Assembly (NCBI GenBank): GCA_002305255.1
Contig: DBQN01000065.1
Span: forward strand, 2,529 to 34,528
DNA from: Firmicutes bacterium UBA1393
GTDB taxonomy: Bacteria; Bacillota; DTU025
Direction of reading: 5' to 3'
DNA length: 32,000 nt
Each line of letters begins with the position of its first letter. Within the stretch, counting starts at the first letter, position 1. Below the pieces are notes generated by a model. That model saw only the letters and a list, made by a program, of their open reading frames with translations. It was not told where the DNA came from and made no database searches. Of the stretch, positions 10,101-18,088 are shown one piece after another. The translations under genes were made by a program, and so were the position numbers.

Positions 10101-11063
10101 ATCGAGTTCTGCCAGGGCAGCCTCGCGCGCCGCTCTCTCCTCAGCGGCGTGAACAGCTAGCAGCGTGTTGATTGCCGCTTCATAGTCGGGGGCGGACTCG
10201 ACCGGCGTGGCACCGGTTGTCGATATCGTGAGCGCCTCCAACTTCCTGGCGAGCTCAAGGCTGATCTCCTGGTTCTGCTCTTCGGCAGCCTGCGCTTCCT
10301 CGTACAGCGCACGCCTCAGAGCCTCAAGGCGAGCATCGAAGTTGTCGTGGTCTGCCGCGAGCAACTTGATCTGCCCTTCGAGGTTCGCCACGGCTGCCTG
10401 CCATGCAGCGTTGCTCTCTGCTACTGCATCTGCAACCAGCTTCTCGCAACCGGGAAGCGTGGCCACTGACTGCTGCACTTCGGCACCCACAGGAGTGGTG
10501 CAGGACGCGAAATGTGCCTCATTTGCAGCTCTGACAGCCTCTATGGCTGCCCAGAGCTGGGCATGCTCGGCCTTGTTGGCTTCCGTCAGATCATCCACGC
10601 GCGCGAGCAGAGCAGAGAGCCTATCGTCAAACTGCTCCCACTGCGCCTCCGACATGCCGGCGATCTTCTCGGCGATCACTTGCTCGAGTATGGTGGCATC
10701 CGGCGAAGCCACAGGCTGAAGCACCACCCCGTCGGCTGGGCTGGCACTTGAGTCGGGAGCCTGCGTGCCTGAGACCTTGGCGTCAAGCTCGCCTACAGTC
10801 TCAGCGAGACTGCGGATGTCCCTGTCGAGGTACTCCAGGGCCCGGGCGATCATGATCGCCACCTCGTACCTGGTGGCCTGGTTCTTGCCCTGGAAGGTAC
10901 CATCAGGATAGCCCTCGACGATTCCCAGAGCCGCTAGGAGGTTCACGGCGTCCAACGCCCAGTGGTAATCGGGCACGTCTGAGAAAGGCGTGCTCGCCGT
11001 TACTGGGAGCGCCATCATGATCACCATGAGAGCACTCACTAGTATGGCCAGGAATTTCTTCAT
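7128..11063 (-). CDS. SLH domain - long coiled coil - outer-membrane barrel protein (OmpM / SlpA-like OM tether)
   Basis: Signal peptide MKKFLAILVSALMVIMMALPVTA; SLH motif TPFSDVPDYHWALDAVNLLAALGIVEGYPDGTFQGKNQATRYEVAIMIARAL; about 750 aa of charged helical repeats; C-terminal barrel-like region ending ...AGLSLKTTF. RBS AAGGGGGG upstream. Confidence 0.9.
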   Translation of the reverse strand: MKKFLAILVSALMVIMMALPVTASTPFSDVPDYHWALDAVNLLAALGIVEGYPDGTFQGKNQATRYEVAIMIARALEYLDRDIRSLAETVGELDAKVSGTQAPDSSASPADGVVLQPVASPDATILEQVIAEKIAGMSEAQWEQFDDRLSALLARVDDLTEANKAEHAQLWAAIEAVRAANEAHFASCTTPVGAEVQQSVATLPGCEKLVADAVAESNAAWQAAVANLEGQIKLLAADHDNFDARLEALRRALYEEAQAAEEQNQEISLELARKLEALTISTTGATPVESAPDYEAAINTLLAVHAAEERAAREAALAELDSKIELALLQQKAEVMMAFYDSIIASNVDRDILLANLRADLEKAIADREAAIIAAIDARHDDMLVKAIDDSSMAIINAARESLNAYRDEVDRKFEAYAAGVDARFAQIEAEAAQSSAETNARFGNVYNQMADSALVVDGKLNDIDMRLVNSTSQLNARYNELQARFDQALAEQKAELIAQFNAANAATADELNQKLVAALRAQSNEILEMHTASVNEMKAAYDARLDDMEATWEVALLQQKAELMMSFYDSIAAERDARERALQAFAEKHDLDLAQLRAELQVSFLDSIAAERDAWQRALEALAEQHDLDLLQLKAEMQMGFYDSMIALREDLEARIDLVVASIAALKDEYQKELNALSARVSNLEAQLAVVEAKADQNARDIAAIRTEEIAPITQRVRKLERDTEIAQADIATNKTSIGNLWTELNRVKLTGSNEVRFEDINAMSQISGAPVSDLYKNPFNRVADPDDDDLYIPSSIMQNELKLTLNIQPDPGVTVTAQIGLLSDVFGVADTSSVLPKLDLDMSIVTPNSVTTILAGELARPAGLTKYQASAKVWNSKAIEGIALTHDAGKLDLSGFVAKVGHGSNDASTYEYMHIAGAAGTLQLTEAITVGARAMVKVHDEPSQDTSGDDPDESLIGADVSLKLSDTWSARGELSAFDSKLLSTEPTEFVYARDLSIGGKLGVVNIAASHVQVDEGYAPSYRGTSSSDPDRVSPDTRVSKLTLVTDSIGGFVVNGLVQRKGDADFASKDVATVGGGVKYNAQLLGIGLTLRADATYNYDAFIVDWENEGVAKLGFDLKYMPVSAGFTWKNHFEDSWEPAMSYIGYVKLDAPIGGDTLKLRGGWEQSFGAETWQIWGAGLNMAMPLIEDRLTLTAEAGYDVTHDVPTSHASYDEEFNDLTRLALAGGLTFNLSPDTTLSGTASYESRAYETPTAVHPSGEYLQFGAALNHKFYKNTSLTLKYDIKNVLYAAGGPDDYGVRVAGLSLKTTF
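9130..9400 (-). repeat. 111-bp (37-aa) tandem repeat units inside the coiled-coil region
   Basis: Repeated LLQxKAExxxxFYDSIAAERDAxxRALxAxAExHDLD; the equivalent DNA positions 9130, 9241 and 9352 are exactly 111 bp apart. A diverged copy (LLQQKAEVMMAFYDSI) lies near 10040. Confidence 0.85.
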
Positions 11064-11342
11064 GTACTGTTCCCCCCTTATTCGTACTCAACGCTAAGGC
11101 TAACCTGAACGGGGTGCCATACCGAGTGGTCATGTTTCCTCGCGCAGCGCCCTGCCCACGTCAGCCGATGCGTGTCTCTGTGGCAGCCCGAGGGATCACT
11201 GATAAACCCGCCTCAAGCTGCGAGTATCCGCGCTCGACAAAGTGCACAGATATTCACACTACATTAGGATATTCTTCAGTCCCTAGGGAACTCCTTCCCC
11301 AGCGCGAAATTTGACCCACCGTTGCAAAACCCTTTTTAGCTG

Positions 11343-12698
11343 CTATTCAGCTATGAGCCTTATGGATGCGGAGGTGCTTGCGCGCCATATGTCAGTACCT
11401 GCCACAGCCTTCACCGTCTTCACTGCCCTGGAGTTGATCACCGCGACGATGGCGTTTGAGAATTCAGAGACGCTTAGAAGTGTCCCGATCTTGCCTTCCT
11501 CGTCGGAAGGCATTCCCTCGGCAATGAGAATGCTGTTGACCTGCTGCACGAGGGCAAGCAGGCTGGCCTGGACGCGGTCGGCGCCGGCGGCCCCGTCTAT
11601 CAGCGCAGACGCTATGACCTGGCCCTCTGAGTAGATCTTCTTGTCTGGATACACATGAAGCGATACCATCAGCGGCTCACCGCTCCAGGTGTTCACCGGA
11701 GATATGGCCCTGAGGACCACCCTATCAGACGACTCGTCGATCTTCTGGAAGGCGGCGAGCACATTTGCCTCTTCAAAGCTGAGGGTGAACTGATCGCCGT
11801 CGTCCCGGGCCGAGCGGGCCCCCCTACTCTGCGCCACGTCGTTTACTCTCAGAAGGAACGCGTTAACCTGCTCCTGGACGACCTGGGCAGGCTGTGAGCA
11901 GTCGATAATGGCTCCGAGCACCACCTCGTCAGCGCGGAAGATCACCTTGCCCCACATGGACAGCTGCCCTGCTTCCCACAGCAGTTCAGCACTGCGTTGT
12001 GTAGTCTCAGTCAGGGTACTCTCAAGCGTGGCGACTTCCTTCGCCAGCATGTCCCGGGTCTGAGTCAAGGCTTCGACCCGCTCAGTCTGTACTCTCTGCT
12101 CCTCTTCCAGCGCAGCAATATCCACCCGCGCGTTCTCAAGGTCGGCCGCGGCTGCCTCAAGCTGCGCGGACACGCCATCAAGATCTGACTCCATCTTCTG
12201 AAGCCTGCTGGATGCCTCAACCAGCCTGCCCTCTGAGTCTTTCAGGCGAGACTGGAGCATCGACAACTCATCGAGAGCGAGACCTCGCTCCTCAGATACG
12301 CGTGCTAGCTCGGCAACCGCACGATCATATTCGGACTGGAGATCCTCTCGCTCCTTGGCCATCTTGTCAACCTGCATTGACAGCTCATCTACCTGAGCTC
12401 TCTTAGCTTCCAGATCGGAAGTTGCCGTGGCCAGCGAGTCCTGAATCTCCTTTATCTCGAACAGTGCCGTCCTCACATTGTCGGAGGCGAGGGAAAGCAG
12501 AATGATGGAGCAGCCTGCGATCATCACGCCGGTCATGATAGTGACAATCATAGACGTGTACCTGGGGCGCAGGCCGAACATGGACAGCCTCTTTCGACCG
12601 ACCTTCATTCCGATGCGGTCACCAACGTAGGCTATGACTCCTCCTGCAATCGCCAGCACGACTATGAGGGGAAAACCATACACACGCCATCCCTCCAC
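11343..12698 (-). CDS. DUF3084 family protein: two N-terminal TM segments plus coiled coil
   Basis: VVLAIAGGVIAYVGDRIGMKVGRKRLSMFGLRPRYTSMIVTIMTGVMIA is typical of DUF3084. Start may be GTG at 12683, with GGAGGG 7 nt upstream. Confidence 0.85.
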   Translation of the reverse strand: MEGWRVYGFPLIVVLAIAGGVIAYVGDRIGMKVGRKRLSMFGLRPRYTSMIVTIMTGVMIAGCSIILLSLASDNVRTALFEIKEIQDSLATATSDLEAKRAQVDELSMQVDKMAKEREDLQSEYDRAVAELARVSEERGLALDELSMLQSRLKDSEGRLVEASSRLQKMESDLDGVSAQLEAAAADLENARVDIAALEEEQRVQTERVEALTQTRDMLAKEVATLESTLTETTQRSAELLWEAGQLSMWGKVIFRADEVVLGAIIDCSQPAQVVQEQVNAFLLRVNDVAQSRGARSARDDGDQFTLSFEEANVLAAFQKIDESSDRVVLRAISPVNTWSGEPLMVSLHVYPDKKIYSEGQVIASALIDGAAGADRVQASLLALVQQVNSILIAEGMPSDEEGKIGTLLSVSEFSNAIVAVINSRAVKTVKAVAGTDIWRASTSASIRLIAE

Positions 12699-12714
12699 GC
12701 TGCGACGCCCACTG

Positions 12715-13443
12715 CTACAGAGTGAATCTCTCTCCTAAGTACAACTGCCTTGCAGTTACGTCATCAGCGACTTCCCTGGCCGTTCCCGACACAACGATGC
12801 GTCCCTCATACAGAATGAGCGCACGATCCACGATCGCCAGAGTATCTCTGACGTTGTGGTCAGTGATGAGAACGCCCAGACCCCTCGACTTCATGTCTGC
12901 CACGATCCGCTGCAGCTCTCCCACGGCGATGGGATCGACTCCAGTGAATGGTTCGTCTAGCAGTACGTAAGCCGGAGACGCGGCCAGCACCCTGGCGATC
13001 TCCACTCGCCTTCGCTCACCCCCCGACAGGGTCATGCCCGGCTGGCGCGCAACATGCGACAGGTTCAGCTCTTCCCTCAGCTCTGCGAGACGTCGTTCTC
13101 TCTTGGCCTTCACCGGCTCAAAGAGCTCCAGCACAGCCAGGATGTTCTGATCCACGCTGAGCTTACGGAAGACCGAAGGTTCCTGGGCCAAGTATCCGAG
13201 GCCCAAGCGCGATCTGCGCCATGCCGGCAGACAAGTGACGTCCACGCCGTCTACCCATACCCTGCCTGCGTCGGGTTGCTCCAGGCCGACCACCATGTAG
13301 AACGTAGTGGTTTTTCCCGCTCCGTTTGGCCCCAGCAGGCCCACTACCTCGCCCTTCTCCAGAGTCAACTCGACCCCGTTGACCACGGTTCGGCCTCCGA
13401 AGCTCTTGACCAGAGCCTCCGCCCTGATTCCCACGCGACGCAC
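12715..13443 (-). CDS. lptB: LPS export ABC transporter ATPase LptB
   Basis: GLLGPNGAGKTTTFYMVVGL, LSVDQNILAVLEL, LSGGERRRVEIARVLA, DEPFTGVDPIAV and TDHNVRDTL, all typical of LptB. Confidence 0.93.
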   Translation of the reverse strand: MRRVGIRAEALVKSFGGRTVVNGVELTLEKGEVVGLLGPNGAGKTTTFYMVVGLEQPDAGRVWVDGVDVTCLPAWRRSRLGLGYLAQEPSVFRKLSVDQNILAVLELFEPVKAKRERRLAELREELNLSHVARQPGMTLSGGERRRVEIARVLAASPAYVLLDEPFTGVDPIAVGELQRIVADMKSRGLGVLITDHNVRDTLAIVDRALILYEGRIVVSGTAREVADDVTARQLYLGERFTL

Positions 13444-13653
13444 CGCCTCGCTTCAAGATCGGGCCAGGCAGCGACGACCTTACCCTCATGGAACACACTA
13501 ACCTGTATTGACGGTTCTTCCCACGCGAAGGTTCCCTCTGAAGGAGTTCCTTCGACAGCCATGAGCCTCACACCTGCCCCGCGGCATGGCCGGGATCTCG
13601 GTGATTGCTGGCAGGCACGGTGAGTCACGGCGTAACACGAGAGGCTGCGACCG

Positions 13654-14889
13654 CTAGCCAGGCACGCTTGAACGAATACCCTGTATCACAGCATCAGCCG
13701 CCCCCGGCAGCCCAACCGTCTCTTTCAGTCCCCTGGCCACCCTGTCGGCGGCGGCTGGATCACCGATCATCTCCACCACGGGGATGACTACGTCTTCCGG
13801 CCTGACTGAGCCCACAACCTCACGAGCGACGTCTCTGCCAGCCCTCATGTTTGGCCCTGACACGAGCACCGATCCGCCCGCCGGCTGCGATCGTGTCGCG
13901 ACGGCTCGCACCTGGCTCAGCATTCTCGCCCATCGACCGCCCCGCCTCGATACCAGGCCACGGGGAGCTACTACTATGTAAGGCACCCCCGCGTAAGCCA
14001 GCTCGTGGCAGAGGGGTCCGGGAACCGTCAGGACTGCGTCACAGCTGTAAAGGGCAGAGTGGTCGGGCCCAACATCAATGGGCACACGAACGCCCTCCTC
14101 GGTGATCAAAGTGAACGGCACCGCGCTGCGGTCTATTGAGGCAGCGGCGGCATCACTTCGAGCAGATCTTGATGTCGGCTTGAAGACGCTGTCGAGAGAA
14201 GCGGTACCAATGAACGGCGACAGCCGCAGTATGAACGAGGTGCCCCGCTCAACCCTGGCAAGCAATCCAGCTGCTTTGAGCATGAACGGGCCCATCTGAC
14301 GAGCCTCGCGAAGGCCGTCGCCCGGAAACAACCCGATTACCTTCACGGATCCGTCGCTTCTGTTTGCCACGGCCGACGCCGGCTCTCTCAACCCTGAGCT
14401 GCGCTCCATGGTGGCTGCAACGTCCAGACACAGATCGCCCACGACTCGCACCGAAGCGGGGGCCGCACCGCCAGCAATGAGAGCAGCTTGTACGCGCTCG
14501 TCTTCCACAAGGTACAGTGCTGACCCCCTTGGTACCACTGGATACTCGCGCGAGACGTAGTGAATAAGTGGATACCTCAGTCTCCTAGCCAGCGCCGCCG
14601 CAAAGCCCGAGTCACCGCCGAGGTTCACCACTACACCGCGCCCCGACACCGTGAATCCCCGTGGCCTCAGTCCCACGTAGGCCGTGTTCCATGCCTCACG
14701 GGGGCCGAATGCGCGCCTCACACCCCTGTAGGTAGAGGCAATGCGCACTTCACGGGCAAGAGCCTGCGATCCGGGCGAAGAGAACACCCATATGTCAGCC
14801 GCGGAGAACGCCAGAGCAGCCCTGTACGCCACAGGCCGTACAAGGCTGTTCATCTCTGCCGGACCGCCGGTCACCAGGACTATATCCAA
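13654..14889 (-). CDS. Lipid-A-disaccharide synthase-related (LpxB-like) glycosyltransferase
   Basis: LVTGGPAEMNSLVRPVA N-terminus; IGLFPGDGLREARQMGPFMLKAAGLL; C-terminal ALYSCDAVLTVPGPLCHELAYAGVPYIVVAP. Probable TTG start at 14889 after GAGGTGG. Confidence 0.65.
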   Translation of the reverse strand: MDIVLVTGGPAEMNSLVRPVAYRAALAFSAADIWVFSSPGSQALAREVRIASTYRGVRRAFGPREAWNTAYVGLRPRGFTVSGRGVVVNLGGDSGFAAALARRLRYPLIHYVSREYPVVPRGSALYLVEDERVQAALIAGGAAPASVRVVGDLCLDVAATMERSSGLREPASAVANRSDGSVKVIGLFPGDGLREARQMGPFMLKAAGLLARVERGTSFILRLSPFIGTASLDSVFKPTSRSARSDAAAASIDRSAVPFTLITEEGVRVPIDVGPDHSALYSCDAVLTVPGPLCHELAYAGVPYIVVAPRGLVSRRGGRWARMLSQVRAVATRSQPAGGSVLVSGPNMRAGRDVAREVVGSVRPEDVVIPVVEMIGDPAAADRVARGLKETVGLPGAADAVIQGIRSSVPG

Positions 14890-14936
14890 GACGCGACCAC
14901 CTCGTCCTACCGGGCACAATGCCCTTGGACGGAATT

Positions 14937-15701
14937 CTACAACGCAGCTACGTTTTCCTTCAGTGGAGCTGCCGCATAGGCCAGGGCACGCGCGTAGCGC
15001 CTCCCCACGTCTGACAAGGGGTTCGCGAGCACCGCGTCAGGGGCACCCTGTTCGACTACGGCGCCTGCCTCCATCAGGACGATGTTGTGCGCTGCTCTCA
15101 GCGCGAAGCCGATCTCGTGAGTCACGACCACCATGGTGGCCTCCAGTGTCCTCGAGAGCCGCTCCATCAAGCTTAGCACGTCCACCACCAGCGTGGGGTC
15201 GAGTGATGCCGTCGGTTCATCCCACAGGATCAGCGACGGATGATCGGCAATGGCCCTGGCAATGGCCACTCTCTGCATCTCACCGCCCGACAGTCCCCGC
15301 ACATCTTCATCAGCTCTGGAGTCCATGCCCACCTCAGCCAGAGCTCGCATCGACAGGTCGTGAGCCTCGTCCACTGACTTGCCCACGGCCACCATCGGCA
15401 GCATGACATTTCGCACGACATTGAGACGGGAGATGAGGTTCGATCTCTGAAACACCAGTCCCACTCCTCGCCTGAACCTCTCCAGCTGAGACTGGGACAT
15501 GGCAGTAACGTCTTCGCCCATCCACGTCACCTGCCCAGAATTCGGCTCCACTAGGCGGATTATGCTCCTGAGCGCTGTGGACTTGCCGCAGCCCGACGGC
15601 CCCATTACCGCCACGACGGAACCCGTAGGCACCTCCAAGCTGAATCCATCGAGGGCCCTTCCACTCGGGAACGTTACCGTCACGTCTTGCATTCTGAGCA
15701 T
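14937..15701 (-). CDS. ABC transporter ATP-binding protein, paired with the upstream permease-like ORF
   Basis: Walker A MGPSGCGKST, signature LSGGEMQRVAIARAIA, Walker B LILWDEPTASLDP, H-loop VVTHE. RBS AGGGAGGTG 7 nt before ATG at 15701. Confidence 0.93.
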   Translation of the reverse strand: MLRMQDVTVTFPSGRALDGFSLEVPTGSVVAVMGPSGCGKSTALRSIIRLVEPNSGQVTWMGEDVTAMSQSQLERFRRGVGLVFQRSNLISRLNVVRNVMLPMVAVGKSVDEAHDLSMRALAEVGMDSRADEDVRGLSGGEMQRVAIARAIADHPSLILWDEPTASLDPTLVVDVLSLMERLSRTLEATMVVVTHEIGFALRAAHNIVLMEAGAVVEQGAPDAVLANPLSDVGRRYARALAYAAAPLKENVAAL

Positions 15702-17995
15702 AGCTTGACACCTCCCTTGCCCCTGCGTGCAGACTGACGCGCCCGACCGTATGAACCGGGAAGCACCTGCCTGACCCTGTTGATGACGACAAGCAAACCC
15801 GGTCGCGACGCCGGCACGACAATCTCCCTCATGATTGCCGCAGGCCCGATCCCCCATGCGAGTCCGGCCTCGACCTCGTCCCTATTGCACGGTGCCAGAC
15901 GCCCGGCTGCCAAGCCAGTGGCTGCGCCGAGCAGTGCACCAATCAGGGCGAACGGCCAGCGGCCATAGCCCACCAGGTTGCCTCCGGCAATGGTTGCGCT
16001 GGCCGCCAGGGTCACTGCGCCCGCAATCGCGCAGTACACCACCGCATGCAATCTGTCGCGCCTCAGTCGCCTGCCGGGGCGAGCCATGGCAATCACGCCC
16101 GATGCCAAAGTCGCATGATCGATCACGAGCGCTGCGCCGGTCAGGACGATACACGTCATGCCTGCAATGGTGGCTCGCACGGTGGCGAGAAGCGCGCGCA
16201 CCTCCGCACTCACCCCGCGCGACAGTAGTCCGGCTGGACCTGTGAACACAGTGTATCCATCGCCTAGCTCGGCGGCGATCGCCCTGGTCACGGAGTCTGA
16301 TGGCGCTTCAGCGCGCACGACGAAGCTTGCCTCATCGTCGCCGCCCACCTGACCGTAAAGACTATCAACGGTGGTGATGAGCGCCAGCGCCTGTTCACCG
16401 GTGAGTTCAGGCGCGCTCGAGCGAAGCTGGGCAAAGGCATCGTGAAGCGCTGTGGAATCGAGGCTGGCCAACGACTCAAGCTGTGCCCCGGCCTGGCCTA
16501 CGGCATCACGCAGCGATGCGAGATCCATTGCCTCCAGAGCCCTGACCATCGCCTGAACCGAGACGGTAGCCTCAGTAATGAGACCTGCTCCGCCCGACAC
16601 CTGCCCTGCCGCGCTCTCGATAGACGCAAGCTGCTGGCGGAAGCGGGCGATCTCGCCTCTCCACTTCGCCAAGTCTTCTATGAGCCCATCATAGCTGGAT
16701 GTGATCAGCGAGACACCTGAAGCCACCGTCGACAGCCTGTCAAGGGCCTCGATACTCTTCTCCGCCAGGCTGGCGAGGAGCTTGACTCCGTCGAGACTGA
16801 GCGGTGCCACCCTGCCCGAGCTGTGGCTGTCGAGAGCAGCCTTCAACATCGCCACGGCCTGCTCGGCGCCGTCGAACGAGTTGAGCACGTCGCTCATGGC
16901 CTCAGCCTGCTCCGATGCGGCCCGCGCCGCATCAGCCACACCGGCCGTCGAGCCCTCTATGGCATCGATAGCCTTCTCCATCACCGACGACGCCGAAATC
17001 ACCTCGGCAGGTCCGATGGACGTGCCGCGGTTGTTGGTGGCGTTCACACCACTACCACGATCCTCATCGTCACTCGACGCAGGCACTCTGCCCGACACTA
17101 CCACGCCCAACGCCGTGGAACCGTCGACTGCGGCTATCTCGGCCTCTGCCCTTCCGGTGCCGTAGTTCAACCACACACGGTCTCCGGTCTTCACCGACGC
17201 GCCATCCTCCAGCTCAATCTTGACGCTGGGCGCCCATGACAGGGCGGCTCGGCGCAACACAGCCAGGGCCTCGGGGAGTCGACCGTCAGATGCATCTTCG
17301 TCGGCGTCCCACACACTCACCCGGTCTCGCACACTATCTTCCAGCCCTGCAGCGGCCCCGGTCTCGATATGCTTCAGGATCGCTTCACGCGAGATGTCGC
17401 TTCCGTCTATCGTCTGTACCTGCACTTCGTGGAACTCGTCTAGCAGGTCGTCGATGAGTTCCGATACCTCGGAGACGTTCTCTGCCGAGTCGAGCATCAG
17501 GTGCAGGCTGCTGCCGTCTCTCAGTGTGAACCGAACCCGATCCTCTGCCGCCAGAGCCTCCTGCAGTGCCCCTGCCGCTGCGCCTGATAGCCCTGATACC
17601 GTCACCTTTGGTTCTGCTACGATTGTCTTGCCGAGGTAGCCCGGAACATCTCCTATGGCGCCGAGCGCCCATCTGAACTGGGCGGACTCTGTCCGATCCA
17701 GGTCTATCATGAAGTTCGTCCTGCCCAGTATGGTCATGCCCTCTGTCACGCCCGCCCATCGGGCTGACTTGGCCAGAGCTTTCAGAGCCTGCCTGGCCTC
17801 GAGTCGCATGTCGCTCCTGACATGGACGGCTATGTGGTGATCGCCCTCTTCACCCAGGATGCCGCGGGCTGTACCGGCAAAGAAGCCGTGAGTGGCCCAA
17901 GCTACTGCATAGGCCACAGCTGAACCCAGCACGACTGTGGCAACGACCAGGGCGATGACCTCAGTCACGTACCCTCTGCGCAAGAGAGCGTACAT
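15680..17995 (-). CDS. Permease-like protein with one N-terminal TM, about 560-aa extracytoplasmic/coiled-coil insert, C-terminal TMs and an EAA-like loop
   Basis: RBS GGGGGTGA before ATG at 17995. TM segment near VIALVVATVVLGSAVAYAVAWA, C-terminal TM segments, then DEVEAGLAWGIGPAAIMREIVVPASRPG resembling an ABC-permease EAA loop. Overlaps the ATPase gene by 22 bp. Confidence 0.72.
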   Translation of the reverse strand: MYALLRRGYVTEVIALVVATVVLGSAVAYAVAWATHGFFAGTARGILGEEGDHHIAVHVRSDMRLEARQALKALAKSARWAGVTEGMTILGRTNFMIDLDRTESAQFRWALGAIGDVPGYLGKTIVAEPKVTVSGLSGAAAGALQEALAAEDRVRFTLRDGSSLHLMLDSAENVSEVSELIDDLLDEFHEVQVQTIDGSDISREAILKHIETGAAAGLEDSVRDRVSVWDADEDASDGRLPEALAVLRRAALSWAPSVKIELEDGASVKTGDRVWLNYGTGRAEAEIAAVDGSTALGVVVSGRVPASSDDEDRGSGVNATNNRGTSIGPAEVISASSVMEKAIDAIEGSTAGVADAARAASEQAEAMSDVLNSFDGAEQAVAMLKAALDSHSSGRVAPLSLDGVKLLASLAEKSIEALDRLSTVASGVSLITSSYDGLIEDLAKWRGEIARFRQQLASIESAAGQVSGGAGLITEATVSVQAMVRALEAMDLASLRDAVGQAGAQLESLASLDSTALHDAFAQLRSSAPELTGEQALALITTVDSLYGQVGGDDEASFVVRAEAPSDSVTRAIAAELGDGYTVFTGPAGLLSRGVSAEVRALLATVRATIAGMTCIVLTGAALVIDHATLASGVIAMARPGRRLRRDRLHAVVYCAIAGAVTLAASATIAGGNLVGYGRWPFALIGALLGAATGLAAGRLAPCNRDEVEAGLAWGIGPAAIMREIVVPASRPGLLVVINRVRQVLPGSYGRARQSARRGKGGVKLCSECKT

Positions 17996-18019
17996 GCAGC
18001 TCACCCCCGTTTCAACAGG

Positions 18020-18025
18020 ATTATA
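18020..18025 (-). promoter_or_regulatory. Candidate extended -10 element (TGGTATAAT) upstream of the permease-like gene
   Basis: Minus strand reads CCCCCGATGGTATAATCCTG between the lptA-like stop (18089) and the start at 17995. No good -35. Confidence 0.35.
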
Positions 18026-18088
18026 CCATCGGGGGTGAGCTGCGAATGCCACTTATTTGGGCCTGAATTGGTAACTCCTACTCTATCT

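Noticed and set aside
8241-10160. 639-aa plus-strand ORF (MHLHHGARANGDSLGELQRS...)
   Set aside because: Fully antisense to the SLH-coiled-coil-barrel gene. Its composition reflects the complement of helical, high-GC coding, with no RBS-supported start or recognisable domain.
13365-13628. 87-aa minus-strand ORF in the lpxB-like/lptB gap
   Set aside because: Low-complexity translation with no convincing RBS and about 80 bp of overlap with lptB; not enough evidence for a real small gene.
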